A stretch of 64,000 nt of DNA, from positions 1 to 64,000 of IMG/VR virus record IMGVR_UViG_3300046522_000316, one strand, 5' to 3'. The translations under genes were made by a program, and so were the position numbers. How positions within the stretch are numbered: position 1 is the first letter of the stretch; each line of letters begins with the position of its first letter. Shown here one piece after another: positions 1 through 8,661 of the stretch. The notes under the pieces are model-generated. The model worked only from the letters and a program-made list of their open reading frames with translations, was not told where the DNA came from and did not search any database. The stretch comes from a virus (taxonomy: Duplodnaviria > Caudoviricetes).

Positions 1-2
1 TC

Positions 3-320
3 CCACAAACGTTCTTGACCGAATCGCTTTTGGAAATGGTCGCAGCCTTCTTGATAATAGGCGTCGAATTCCGCGAGTTTTTCAGTGTCGTTTTGATCGA
101 GAGCGGAACCGAACAACACCCAGCGCAAACCAGACAGGCGTGGCGAGTATGCCATTTCCATCATCTGGTCAGCTATTGCCTTGCCCAGTTCCTGCCAACG
201 TTCATCCGGAGTATCTGCCAGTTCCCGAATCAGTTCACGGTCGTGGCTGTTTTGTTTTCCGTCAGCAGCTTTCATCAAACGTGTTACGTGTTCCAACAAT
301 TCTTTCTTGTCATCGCTCAT
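3..320 (-). CDS. hypothetical protein, truncated by window edge
   Basis: ATG at 318-320, open to the edge (MSDDKKELLEHVTRLMKAADGK...); follows the 328-780 gene; not in the ORF track because no stop in window. Confidence 0.7.
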   Translation of the reverse strand, partial: MSDDKKELLEHVTRLMKAADGKQNSHDRELIRELADTPDERWQELGKAIADQMMEMAYSPRLSGLRWVLFGSALDQNDTEKLAEFDAYYQEGCDHFQKRFGQERLW

Positions 321-327
321 GGTTTTC

Positions 328-780
328 TCACGCGGCTAAAACGTCGGTGAAATACTTCGGATCGTTCGCAGCTTTTTGTGCATCAGCTTTGTCGATTCCT
401 GTTGCGATTGCGTAGGCGCGGACGGCGCAGAACATCGACCACTTTTGCCACGCCGGAACATTCAGCACGCCCATGGCTTCGAGGAAGATCAGGTCGCCAG
501 TTTTGCGCGTGACGTAAACGTTGATACCGTTCATATTTACAGTTCTGTAGCTGCAAATATAATCGTGAATTACCGCTGCCTTTCCGTACTTGCCATTTGG
601 CGGCAACAGCCAGCGAATCCACCACGGCACCGACGCCAGATCAGTACGATAACCGACCGGCACGCTCACAGTGATTCCAGATCCAAGCATGCCGATCAGG
701 TAGGCGAAAACCTGCCAGATAACATAATGAATTCCGTCGTCTTCAAATTCCGCCACAAGCGGGGAAGTAAAACTACTCAA
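328..780 (-). CDS. DUF1353-family protein
   Basis: VPVGYRTDLASVPWW...YGKAAVIHDY...DLIFLEAM matches the DUF1353 pattern. Confidence 0.8.
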   Translation of the reverse strand: MSSFTSPLVAEFEDDGIHYVIWQVFAYLIGMLGSGITVSVPVGYRTDLASVPWWIRWLLPPNGKYGKAAVIHDYICSYRTVNMNGINVYVTRKTGDLIFLEAMGVLNVPAWQKWSMFCAVRAYAIATGIDKADAQKAANDPKYFTDVLAA

Positions 781-1136
781 TTCACAAACTCCAGTTCAAA
801 CACCCACATGTAATTTCCACTTTCCACAATGGGGTTGAGGGCAACCGACTGGTGGAAAATGTATTCGCCAAGGGTGGCATTATCAGGAAACTTTCCGAAC
901 TGCGAAAAGTGTTTAGCATCCGAAGCAAAACCACGGATGATTTCGTGCTGGATCGGCGCCAGATGCGAAGCCGAAACTTCCGTCATAAAACGAACACGGG
1001 TACGGTTCTTTGCATAGGGCGTCAGCGACTCAACAGAAGCCACATCCTTGACGTAGGCCAACAACACTTGCCCGCCGATGGTCAGTTCGATTTCTTCGCC
1101 GTGTACCTGAACCTCTTTGAATTTTGCGTAGCTCAT
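777..1136 (-). CDS. hypothetical protein
   Basis: ATGA overlap with upstream stop at 1133-1136 favours start MSYAKF over 1217. Confidence 0.7.
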   Translation of the reverse strand: MSYAKFKEVQVHGEEIELTIGGQVLLAYVKDVASVESLTPYAKNRTRVRFMTEVSASHLAPIQHEIIRGFASDAKHFSQFGKFPDNATLGEYIFHQSVALNPIVESGNYMWVFELEFVN

Positions 1137-1471
1137 TCGTAAAGCCTCATGTGTACAGTCCACAAATACAGACCGCGTTCGTTGGTTAGGATTTCGATGG
1201 ACTCTGCAAATTGCCACGTGAAAGTGCCGGGCGTCCGAATGGAAAATTCAGCTGCCTTGAATTGCATCAATTGGTCGATCACGCTGTTTTGCAGGCGCAC
1301 CAGTTCTTTTGCTTCTGCTTGAATTTGAAACGACGCATGCAGATAACCATCGGCAATATCGGTGCCGAGTATCGCCGCGTCTGCTGTGTGGTTGTCGATG
1401 GAAACGCGCACGGTTCCTTTATGGTTCCGCACCGCATTCAAACGATCACGTACTTCGTGAAGAGTTGACAT
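1133..1471 (-). CDS. hypothetical protein
   Basis: 112 aa ORF tiling the operon. Confidence 0.7.
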   Translation of the reverse strand: MSTLHEVRDRLNAVRNHKGTVRVSIDNHTADAAILGTDIADGYLHASFQIQAEAKELVRLQNSVIDQLMQFKAAEFSIRTPGTFTWQFAESIEILTNERGLYLWTVHMRLYE

Positions 1472-1479
1472 GAAAATCC

Positions 1480-2121
1480 TTATTTAAATGCCGCGAATTT
1501 TACGAAACGTTTTTTGTGTTCTGCTTCCACGACACGCATACGTTTGTGCATGCCCTGCTTGGTGTCTGACGGAAGAGTGAACGTGATTTCAACCGAAAGA
1601 TCCGGCATGAAATTGCAGTCGATATCCGTCGCGTACCAGTGCTGCCCGCAGATCAGCGCGACCAATGCGTTGGCCCGTTGGAAGTTGTCACGGAGGAATT
1701 GATATTTTGCCATCAAAACTTTTTCGTCTTTGTTGACAACCTTCGTGCGTAACGTGATGTGCGGCGGGGCCGTAGGGTAGCGCAGGGACAAACCCATCCA
1801 AGTCATTTCGGTGCTTGGCATATCCTGCTGTGCATGCACCGGCTCCAACACAAAAGTTTCAGTATCCAAACGAACACACAGCAGTTTCTTTTTAGGCGGG
1901 TTCTTCGCACCGAGTACAAACGGCGGGAAGTAACTCATAAGATCCTGCACGAATTTCCGAAACTTGAGGTCGTACTTAAAATAGCTCAGGCGGTCGGCCA
2001 GTGGAACCGGGGGCGAAGCCGGGTAGTATTTTGGTTTGGGCGGCGGCTCTGCGAAGTAGTCTTCGGCATACCCAAATTCTTCCAGTTCCTCTTCCGTTTC
2101 TTCGTATAATTCTTCACACAT
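1480..2121 (-). CDS. hypothetical protein, acidic N-terminus
   Basis: 213 aa ORF tiling the operon. Confidence 0.7.
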   Translation of the reverse strand: MCEELYEETEEELEEFGYAEDYFAEPPPKPKYYPASPPVPLADRLSYFKYDLKFRKFVQDLMSYFPPFVLGAKNPPKKKLLCVRLDTETFVLEPVHAQQDMPSTEMTWMGLSLRYPTAPPHITLRTKVVNKDEKVLMAKYQFLRDNFQRANALVALICGQHWYATDIDCNFMPDLSVEITFTLPSDTKQGMHKRMRVVEAEHKKRFVKFAAFK

Positions 2122-2123
2122 TT

Positions 2124-2543
2124 TTAGATCCCCCTTGCCCCGAGATTCAAATCAACAAACAGACGGTCGTCGCCATGCAACGCAAACGCACACATGAGAA
2201 AATTGTGCCCTACAAATTTTACGTGCAGCGGATGGTCACACGCATAACGCCTCGAATAAAAATTTTGATCATATGCACGGGATTCATCCATCTGCCGCTT
2301 GAGGCTTTCGTACAGTGAGTCAAAAACTTTGCACCCGGAGCGTTCGATCATCAGTTGCACAGCGGGGAATGTTACCCGGCCCGCGCAATTATGTTCAGGC
2401 AACCACGTACAGCGTGCATCGTCCGTCAGTTCTGTTTTGTTGTACACGAAAGCGTGAACAGCGTGGCCGAAAAGGGGAAACGCGTAAGTCATGCCTTCCT
2501 TCGACAGCATCTGATAGACGCTGTTGATATCGTTCTTTTCCAC
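2124..2543 (-). CDS. hypothetical protein
   Basis: GTG at 2541-2543 with AGGA upstream; ORF track start 2549. Confidence 0.65.
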   Translation of the reverse strand: MEKNDINSVYQMLSKEGMTYAFPLFGHAVHAFVYNKTELTDDARCTWLPEHNCAGRVTFPAVQLMIERSGCKVFDSLYESLKRQMDESRAYDQNFYSRRYACDHPLHVKFVGHNFLMCAFALHGDDRLFVDLNLGARGI

Positions 2544-2572
2544 GGGCAAATTCCTGTATGGATCATGCCCTA

Positions 2573-2581
2573 TATTTACAG
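2573..2581 (-). promoter_or_regulatory. candidate phage promoter motif CTGTAAATA
   Basis: Intergenic, ~30 nt before start; identical copies at 40670 and 50759 in equivalent positions. Confidence 0.55.
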
Positions 2582-2595
2582 TTTCGGCCCCAATG

Positions 2596-2628
2596 AAAAA
2601 GCCCCTGAATCCAAAAGGAAACAGGGGC
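2596..2628 (-). terminator. intrinsic terminator
   Basis: GCCCCUG/CAGGGGC stem followed by U5 on minus strand, just after stop at 2634. Confidence 0.75.
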
Positions 2629-2633
2629 CGGGG

Positions 2634-3440
2634 TCAAACGTACACCAAAGTTTTTGCAACGAAGTTTTCGAACTTATGCAGCAGTACGAACGTCGCCCAA
2701 TTGGTCGTGGTGTATACAGCGTCACTGGTCAGCATCGCGCCATCTGCCATGTCAACGGCTTCAGCATCGAGCATCACAATGTTGAATTCCCATCCGTTTT
2801 TAAACACGGCGAAAATTGGAGCATCTGCAAACGTCGCAGAAACTACAACGCATTTATTCGTCTGGTCGTACCAGCACCCGCTGACCACAAGGCCTTCGAG
2901 TTCGGAACTGCCTTCAGAAATCAACGCTTCCACCGGCCCACGGAAAGTTTCCAGCTGATCGCCGTTGTGTAAAACAACACGGAAATCTGTTGAAGAATTC
3001 GTCAGCCAAACATTCCCTTCACCCACCGTTACAGTGTGCCATTCTGGCCCAATCAAGATCGTTCCCTGATCAGTACCGAACGCCGGGCCACCGATATTTC
3101 TGGCGCAAATAAAATTGCCAGTAAACTCATGAACAAGCGTCCAGTCTTCATCGAGTGCGTAAATCCCCACGCCATCAACACAAGCGTAAAACTTGTCTGC
3201 GAAAACAACGTGAGAAAACACTAAATCAACATCCATTGGTGTCCATTCGATTTTATCAACCGATTCGAACACACCGGAACCCACTGCAATGTAACGACCG
3301 TTTCCGGAAGCAACAGAAACAATGGACGCCGCAACAGACGCAGGTACGAAACCAGTAGACTGAACGAATAAACCGTTTCCATCATGGTCTGTACCTGAAC
3401 CACCGACAACATACGAACGTCGCGGAACAGGTTTTACGAC
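2634..3440 (-). CDS. C-terminal extension (268 aa, beta-rich, possibly propeller-like) reached by -1 frameshift from 3434-4357
   Basis: Frame open from 3464 to 2634; first start codon is a GTG at 3284 without clear SD; upstream gene ends GCA AAA AAG TCG TAA. Confidence 0.7.
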   Translation of the reverse strand, partial: VVKPVPRRSYVVGGSGTDHDGNGLFVQSTGFVPASVAASIVSVASGNGRYIAVGSGVFESVDKIEWTPMDVDLVFSHVVFADKFYACVDGVGIYALDEDWTLVHEFTGNFICARNIGGPAFGTDQGTILIGPEWHTVTVGEGNVWLTNSSTDFRVVLHNGDQLETFRGPVEALISEGSSELEGLVVSGCWYDQTNKCVVVSATFADAPIFAVFKNGWEFNIVMLDAEAVDMADGAMLTSDAVYTTTNWATFVLLHKFENFVAKTLVYV

Positions 3441-3446
3441 TTTTTT
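3393..3446 (-). other. -1 programmed frameshift signal (A AAA AAG plus 3' stem-loop)
   Basis: Heptamer 3440-3446; 7-nt spacer; stem ACCUG/CAGGU, CC/GG, CGAC/GUCG over 3393-3432. Confidence 0.7.
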
Positions 3447-4357
3447 GCGATTGTCGCCAACACTTCAACCGAAACAGCATCGCCGGTTTGCAGGCGCGGA
3501 CGTGCTTCCAGTTTCAGCGTGTAGAGGCCCAGCGGCACACCGTCTTCGGTACGTTCAACCGATGCCGGAAGCATGTGGTCGATGTACGGGAAAGTGTACT
3601 GCTGAATCATTTGGGTTACGCGGTGATCAGCATCGGTTGCCGAATCGCTAACGACGCGAATACCTTGGCTGTACCACGTGTAGTTTTTGCCTTTGCCGTC
3701 TGGCGTTGGCGTGTTCTGCAAATCCCATTTGATCGGTGCAGAATCGCCGTCCGGATCTACATCGAGGTAAAGGGAAATGTCGTACATTTCCGTAATGTCG
3801 TTTACGCCAGCCAACAGCGAACCGGCAGTCACGGCAAAAGTCCAACGCTCGCCCGGTTCCAGTTCGATATCAAAACCGTTTGCACCGTCACCGAAATATT
3901 CGATGTTGTTGTATTTGCGCACGGCCAAACCGAGTTCGATATTTGCGTTGGAACCCAACACGAAATCGTCAGCCGGATTGCCTACGCCAGCCAGCATATA
4001 ATTCTTGCCGCCGACTTCACGAACGAAAGTGGTTTCTGCTTTTGGTGCTTCGGTCAGCGGGCCATAAACGATACTGGCGAGCGGGCCGGTTGCAGACCAC
4101 GGGCCGAGGCAGATAAGAACATCACCGAAATAAAACGAAATGATCTTGCCGTCATTGCCTGCTTCGATTTGCGTCAGCACCGGAACTTCGGAAGAACCGT
4201 AATGGGACGCAACGGTTTTACGAAATGCGCCCGATTGTACAACCTCTTCCATTTCGGCTTCGGTCAGTTGAATGCGGCGAACATTCGAGGGATCGCCTTT
4301 GTCCTGCAAGGCTTCAATAATCTCGGCCCATACGCCCGAGTAGTTCTGGACATTCAT
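3434..4357 (-). CDS. putative virion structural protein (307 aa short form)
   Basis: AAGGA SD; preceded by GTAATTTAA motif; beta-rich acidic sequence; structural role is inference. Confidence 0.7.
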   Translation of the reverse strand: MNVQNYSGVWAEIIEALQDKGDPSNVRRIQLTEAEMEEVVQSGAFRKTVASHYGSSEVPVLTQIEAGNDGKIISFYFGDVLICLGPWSATGPLASIVYGPLTEAPKAETTFVREVGGKNYMLAGVGNPADDFVLGSNANIELGLAVRKYNNIEYFGDGANGFDIELEPGERWTFAVTAGSLLAGVNDITEMYDISLYLDVDPDGDSAPIKWDLQNTPTPDGKGKNYTWYSQGIRVVSDSATDADHRVTQMIQQYTFPYIDHMLPASVERTEDGVPLGLYTLKLEARPRLQTGDAVSVEVLATIAKKS

Positions 4358-4416
4358 TAAAGAATTCCTTTATTGGTGGAAAACATGTGCAAAACTTCTG
4401 CACGGAATACCTACCA

Positions 4417-4425
4417 TTAAATTAC
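4417..4425 (-). promoter_or_regulatory. candidate late promoter GTAATTTAA
   Basis: Exact copies at 17757, 24811, 38911, 60942, each upstream of a structural or head-region gene. Confidence 0.55.
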
Positions 4426-4676
4426 CCTTTAAAGGCAGAAATATCTCGAATGATTTCGCACATTAGCATATAGCCATCACGCAAAGTTTTCACACTGAAA
4501 TAAACGACCAGCATTGCGGCCACACTGAACGCAATGGAGTGCTTGAACATTTCGTGTTCTCGCATCCAGAACCAACCGGCTAGCGCCTTGAATGACAGGA
4601 ATGCAATCAGCGCCACCATGATTGCCATAGACAGCGGAATAAACACCAGCGAGCAACGTAAAACGAAAAGACGCAT
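4422..4676 (-). CDS. small membrane protein (about 2 TM)
   Basis: TAATG coupling at 4674-4678; hydrophobic stretches LVFIPLSMAIMVALIAFLSF and SIAFSVAAMLVVYF. Confidence 0.65.
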   Translation of the reverse strand: MRLFVLRCSLVFIPLSMAIMVALIAFLSFKALAGWFWMREHEMFKHSIAFSVAAMLVVYFSVKTLRDGYMLMCEIIRDISAFKG

Positions 4677-4933
4677 TAAAAGAAATCCGGTAAGTTTGGT
4701 TCGCGTTTGAATAGACGGCACACCGCCCATTTGAGAGTGACAAGGCAAACAGAAACCATGAATGCCAAAAAGAACAGGGGAACAATCGACGCGACAGTGT
4801 ACGTGCCGAAAAGTTCAATGTAGCGATTGTCTGCCTGACGCCACAACGTCATAAGCAGAATGCCCGCATGACAGAAACCAATTGCGGCCAAGGTACTGCA
4901 CAAGCAAGCAATCCAAATATAGAGCGCACGCAT
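4676..4933 (-). CDS. small membrane protein (about 2 TM)
   Basis: 85 aa, two long hydrophobic segments, AAGGA SD. Confidence 0.65.
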   Translation of the reverse strand: MRALYIWIACLCSTLAAIGFCHAGILLMTLWRQADNRYIELFGTYTVASIVPLFFLAFMVSVCLVTLKWAVCRLFKREPNLPDFF

Positions 4934-4962
4934 CAGGCTAATCCTTTTATGTTTTTATCCCA

Positions 4963-4997
4963 CAAAAAACGGGATCTACCGCAAGGCAAATCCCGTT
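4963..4997 (-). terminator. intrinsic terminator
   Basis: AACGGGAU/AUCCCGUU stem plus U tract after stop at 5008. Confidence 0.65.
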
Positions 4998-5007
4998 CGT
5001 TTGTTGC

Positions 5008-5292
5008 TTAGTCTTTTTTCTGGAACTTTTGGAACAACGGTTTCCAAACATCGGCAAAAGCGTGAATCAACCAGCAGTCAAACACCAGCATCAGAATCCA
5101 CCACGCGAAGGCCGCGAGGTTGTGCTGCAAGCTGATTTGCGTCACGGAACCGCCAGCAATTTGTGACACTTGCTTAACGATGAATTCGATTTGCAGACCG
5201 GGGGCGTTGTAAATATCCCAGCACAGCAAAAGAATGGCGATTGGCGACGCGCAGAAGGCCAGATATTTGAGTACGCTTTGATACTTGCTCAT
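5008..5292 (-). CDS. small membrane protein (about 2 TM)
   Basis: 94 aa, hydrophobic segments near both ends, AAGGA SD. Confidence 0.7.
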   Translation of the reverse strand: MSKYQSVLKYLAFCASPIAILLLCWDIYNAPGLQIEFIVKQVSQIAGGSVTQISLQHNLAAFAWWILMLVFDCWLIHAFADVWKPLFQKFQKKD

Positions 5293-5330
5293 GATGTTCC
5301 TTTGTTGATTTATGTTCTGTATGTTTACAG

Positions 5331-5504
5331 TTAATTCAGTTCACACACCAACCTGCAATAGCTGGTGTGTGCTTGCTGCATGGTCAGGCCGTAGCGGGCG
5401 TAGTAGCCCATCCAACTGTACGCCATGAACTCGCCGCTATTCAGGCAACGAATGCGGACTTTATTTCGGCGTGCTTTGGTTTCGCGATTGTCATGCGGCG
5501 CCAT
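5331..5504 (-). CDS. small basic hypothetical protein
   Basis: Fills gap between 5491 and 5292; start uncertain (5504 or 5528). Confidence 0.4.
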   Translation of the reverse strand: MAPHDNRETKARRNKVRIRCLNSGEFMAYSWMGYYARYGLTMQQAHTSYCRLVCELN

Positions 5505-5847
5505 TTTCGATCCTTTCGAAGTCGTCAATCATGCCGTTAGGAACCGACAGAATTTCACCTTCGGGCCGATTGAAAATAACATGCGTCGATGTGGAAATGT
5601 TCACGACCAAAACATCGTCGGTCGTCACACCATCCCACCAGTCGTTGGCCTTCACGCGATACTTTGCACCCTCTTCAAAACCCGGCAGAACAGGAGCCTT
5701 TTTCAGTTCCCGTTTCTGTTCGTCAGTGAGCGGCATAGCAGCGGCCACGGTGCTGCTGTCAGGAAGGCCAGAAGAAAACGAAAGGGCCTCGATTACTTCC
5801 CCGACGAATTCCGCAACGCCTTCAAACAAACCATCGAAATCGTCCAT
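5491..5847 (-). CDS. hypothetical protein
   Basis: 118 aa ORF in operon. Confidence 0.65.
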   Translation of the reverse strand: MDDFDGLFEGVAEFVGEVIEALSFSSGLPDSSTVAAAMPLTDEQKRELKKAPVLPGFEEGAKYRVKANDWWDGVTTDDVLVVNISTSTHVIFNRPEGEILSVPNGMIDDFERIENGAA

Positions 5848-5853
5848 GGGGCC

Positions 5854-6597
5854 TCACAGCATTTTCGGAGAGACTGGAACCGCCGCCTGATTCATGTATT
5901 TTCCTTTGCGATCCGCGTAGGAAATTTCACATTCTTCGTCGGAGCCGAGGAACAGAATTTGCGCGCAGCCTTCGCCCGCATAAATCTTCGCAGGCAACGG
6001 CGTTGTGTTGGAAAATTCCAACGTCAAACTTCCAGTCCACTCAGGCTCTAGAGGCGTGACGTTTACGATGATGCCGCAGCGGGCATACGTCGATTTGCCG
6101 AGGCAGATAACCAGCGTGTCGCGGTCGATGTTGAATTGCTCAGGCGTGTTTGCCAGCGCGAAAGAATTCGGCGGAATGATGATCGCATCGCCGTCGTTCA
6201 CGTGCTTGGTCACGAAGTTATCGTCGGTGAAGTTTTTCGGATCGACGACCGTGTTGTTGATGTTGGTGAAAATCTTGAATTCGTTACCGCAACGAATGTC
6301 GTAGCCGTAGGAACTCAGGCCGTAGGGAATGATGCTGCGCACAGAACGTTCGCCGTCACCGTCGCCAATGGCTTTGTATTCGACGGACGAAATTTGTTTG
6401 TCAGAAAAAGGCGAAATCATCGGAGTGTGTTCGATGAAACGTTTGCTGATCACACGCGAGCCGGTAGGAGGCAGGGCCAGCAAATCGAAGGCACGGTGCG
6501 AACCAACCCACGCATAGAATTCACCGTTAACCAGAAACGCTTCCCGCGTCGGCTGGCACATCCGCTTGATCCAGCGATCCGACTTAATTCCCGACAT
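5854..6597 (-). CDS. dcd: dCTP deaminase
   Basis: [70 protein letters not shown]. Confidence 0.95.
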   Translation of the reverse strand: MSGIKSDRWIKRMCQPTREAFLVNGEFYAWVGSHRAFDLLALPPTGSRVISKRFIEHTPMISPFSDKQISSVEYKAIGDGDGERSVRSIIPYGLSSYGYDIRCGNEFKIFTNINNTVVDPKNFTDDNFVTKHVNDGDAIIIPPNSFALANTPEQFNIDRDTLVICLGKSTYARCGIIVNVTPLEPEWTGSLTLEFSNTTPLPAKIYAGEGCAQILFLGSDEECEISYADRKGKYMNQAAVPVSPKML

Positions 6598-6814
6598 TTT
6601 TTGCACCCTCTACCTGTTCAGTTTTTGGCAACAGCGCTTTGATGTGAACGCGGCCACCGATGTAATGCCAATCGACACGGACGCCGAGCGTCTGAGAAAA
6701 CGCCTGACAGATATGTTCTGCCGTGTGCTTTGGAATGTCGAACATGCCGACGCTAACACCATGATCGAAAATTTCCTGATTGCATGGCGGTAATTCGTTG
6801 GAAGTTTCGTGCAT
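6584..6814 (-). CDS. hypothetical protein
   Basis: 76 aa ORF in operon. Confidence 0.6.
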   Translation of the reverse strand: MHETSNELPPCNQEIFDHGVSVGMFDIPKHTAEHICQAFSQTLGVRVDWHYIGGRVHIKALLPKTEQVEGAKNVGN

Positions 6815-6821
6815 ATCGACC

Positions 6822-7181
6822 TCAGTTGGCAGTCACGGGATTGTTGATGTTTTGAATGGCGGCAAGAAATTTCTTCGTCACCAAACTGGAATACATTTTA
6901 TCGGAATCCATAGCGCACGCCGCGCCCTGCAATTCGTTCAGAAGGTCGGTCAGCAATTTAACCGACTGCGCATTCTGATTTGCAACCTGTGCATTCTGAT
7001 TTGCAACATGGTTTACCGTGTGGCGCTGTGCGTGGCGTGTCACCAGTCGAATCACAGCGTCACGATGCAAATAATCCCCGGCGAATTGCCCGGAAAGAAC
7101 CAACGGCGTCGTGTGGTAAATATCATCTAGCAAGGGATCAAACGGGCCACCGCCCGGAATTCCCGGTTCACCTTTATTCAT
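6822..7181 (-). CDS. hypothetical protein
   Basis: 119 aa, contains VANQNAQ twice. Confidence 0.65.
   Translation of the reverse strand: MNKGEPGIPGGGPFDPLLDDIYHTTPLVLSGQFAGDYLHRDAVIRLVTRHAQRHTVNHVANQNAQVANQNAQSVKLLTDLLNELQGAACAMDSDKMYSSLVTKKFLAAIQNINNPVTAN
6970..7007. repeat. in-frame tandem duplication, 21-nt period
   Basis: gcattctgatttgcaac at 6970-6986 and 6991-7007. Confidence 0.85.
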
Positions 7182-7369
7182 TTCTCACCCGCTTTGCGCA
7201 CGTGCATAATATCCAGTGCGTACAATGGTTCGATACCGATAGCGCCATGCAAATAAACGCAGCTTACGCTATCGGCGTGTTCAAACTTTATGACCTGTAT
7301 TCCTAGCTTATTTACAGTTTCTTCCACATGGCTAGGTTGGTCGTGGTTGTCGATATAGACTTCGATCAT
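7178..7369 (-). CDS. hypothetical protein
   Basis: 63 aa, coupled to neighbours by TAATG/ATGA overlaps. Confidence 0.6.
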   Translation of the reverse strand: MIEVYIDNHDQPSHVEETVNKLGIQVIKFEHADSVSCVYLHGAIGIEPLYALDIMHVRKAGEK

Positions 7370-8643
7370 TAGGTGAAGTTTCGGCTGCTTGTGTTGACGC
7401 CGGAAGTCGATGCGCTTCCAGTCTTCTTGGGTGCTGACGTGCCCGCAGGATTACCCGCTTCAGTGAGGAACGGACGATACAGATAAAACAGTTCTGCGTA
7501 TTTCTTCCCGCCCTTCACCATGATCGTTTTACCGCCGACAACATAACGCCCGGCGATATCGTTTGGTGTTGGTGCAGCAGGGCCTTTTGCACCCGCGCCC
7601 TGTTGGTAATCAATCGACTGAAACGATTGAATTTCCGTTGCAGTATCCGACAGCGCAATCACGCTTTCGCTGAACATGGAAAGCAACCGAACGTTTTGGT
7701 AATAGGCGCGTTCGTATTTTTCGTGAATGTTGAAACCTTCGTCGGGGCCAGTGCCCGGATCAAGGCCGCTATAGGTCACACGGGCGCCGCGTTCTTTTAA
7801 CTCCGCTGCCACTTCCATATTCACCGGAACACCAGCAGCGCCGGGCGCCGTAATGTCCATGGATTCAATGGAGAATGTTCCGTTATTGTCCGATCCGAAA
7901 TCGTGCCCGAACAATTTGTGGCCGTAGTTGACGTAGTGAGAAAACAGGCCGGAATAACTTCGGTCTTTTGCTGCACGAACGTCAACTGATTTACCGCTGG
8001 CACCGGCGCCGTCTTTGTTGTGAACCAATGTGTTTTTCGGTTCTTCTTTTAGGACTGCCATCAGGTCTTTGTAAACCAGTGTGCCGTCCATGCGTACAAT
8101 GCGCGCCATGCAACTTTCGTCGCTCATGTATCCACGCATCGCCACGTCTTCAGAAAATGACATGCGGGTCTGGCTCACGTTCAACCAAACCTGTGTGTCT
8201 TTCGGTGCGCCGGTCGGGCCTTCAAAACGCAGGCCGGAACGTTCCGCAATTTGTTGCAGAACATTTGCAGTGTGTCCCTCGAAAGATTCCGTCATGGAAC
8301 CTGCACCGAATTTCGGTGAATCGAGAATGCACGCGACGTGAATAACTTTACCGCTGGAGTTCCTTGGACGGCCCCAACCGAATACGCGAAATTTCATTTC
8401 CGGCGCAGTGTCGGCGGTTTTTCCCAAGCGAATAGAAATCGTGGTGCCTTCCTTGAGATTGAGGTCACGGCTCAAGGTTTCTTTTTCGTCGTACAGACTA
8501 AGTTTCATAGTCGGTAGACCCATACCGAAACCTTCCATGATCCAGATATTTTCGATCATGTTCATGGAAGGGGGCATGGGGCTTCCCGCAATATCCAGCG
8601 TGCAAAACGCCATGCCTTCAATGTTTAGGGACGCTTGAGCCAT
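7369..8643 (-). CDS. putative baseplate hub protein (T4 gp27 / phage late control D-like)
   Basis: Size, beta-rich, SFEGHTANVLQQIAERSGL motif, position in the baseplate block. Confidence 0.55.
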   Translation of the reverse strand: MAQASLNIEGMAFCTLDIAGSPMPPSMNMIENIWIMEGFGMGLPTMKLSLYDEKETLSRDLNLKEGTTISIRLGKTADTAPEMKFRVFGWGRPRNSSGKVIHVACILDSPKFGAGSMTESFEGHTANVLQQIAERSGLRFEGPTGAPKDTQVWLNVSQTRMSFSEDVAMRGYMSDESCMARIVRMDGTLVYKDLMAVLKEEPKNTLVHNKDGAGASGKSVDVRAAKDRSYSGLFSHYVNYGHKLFGHDFGSDNNGTFSIESMDITAPGAAGVPVNMEVAAELKERGARVTYSGLDPGTGPDEGFNIHEKYERAYYQNVRLLSMFSESVIALSDTATEIQSFQSIDYQQGAGAKGPAAPTPNDIAGRYVVGGKTIMVKGGKKYAELFYLYRPFLTEAGNPAGTSAPKKTGSASTSGVNTSSRNFT

Positions 8644-8661
8644 ATCCTTTTTCTCTTTTGT

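Noticed and set aside
2634-3284. 216-aa ORF as an independent gene starting at GTG 3284
   Set aside because: No clear SD, and the frame continues as coding-like sequence up to the slippery site; better explained as a frameshift extension, though not proven.
3221-3412. 63-aa minus-strand ORF filling the gap
   Set aside because: Alternative frame of the region explained by the extension; overlaps it and has no SD.
6970-7007. 21-nt-period duplication as CRISPR or regulatory repeat
   Set aside because: Only two copies, in frame, 4-nt spacer; a coding micro-duplication.
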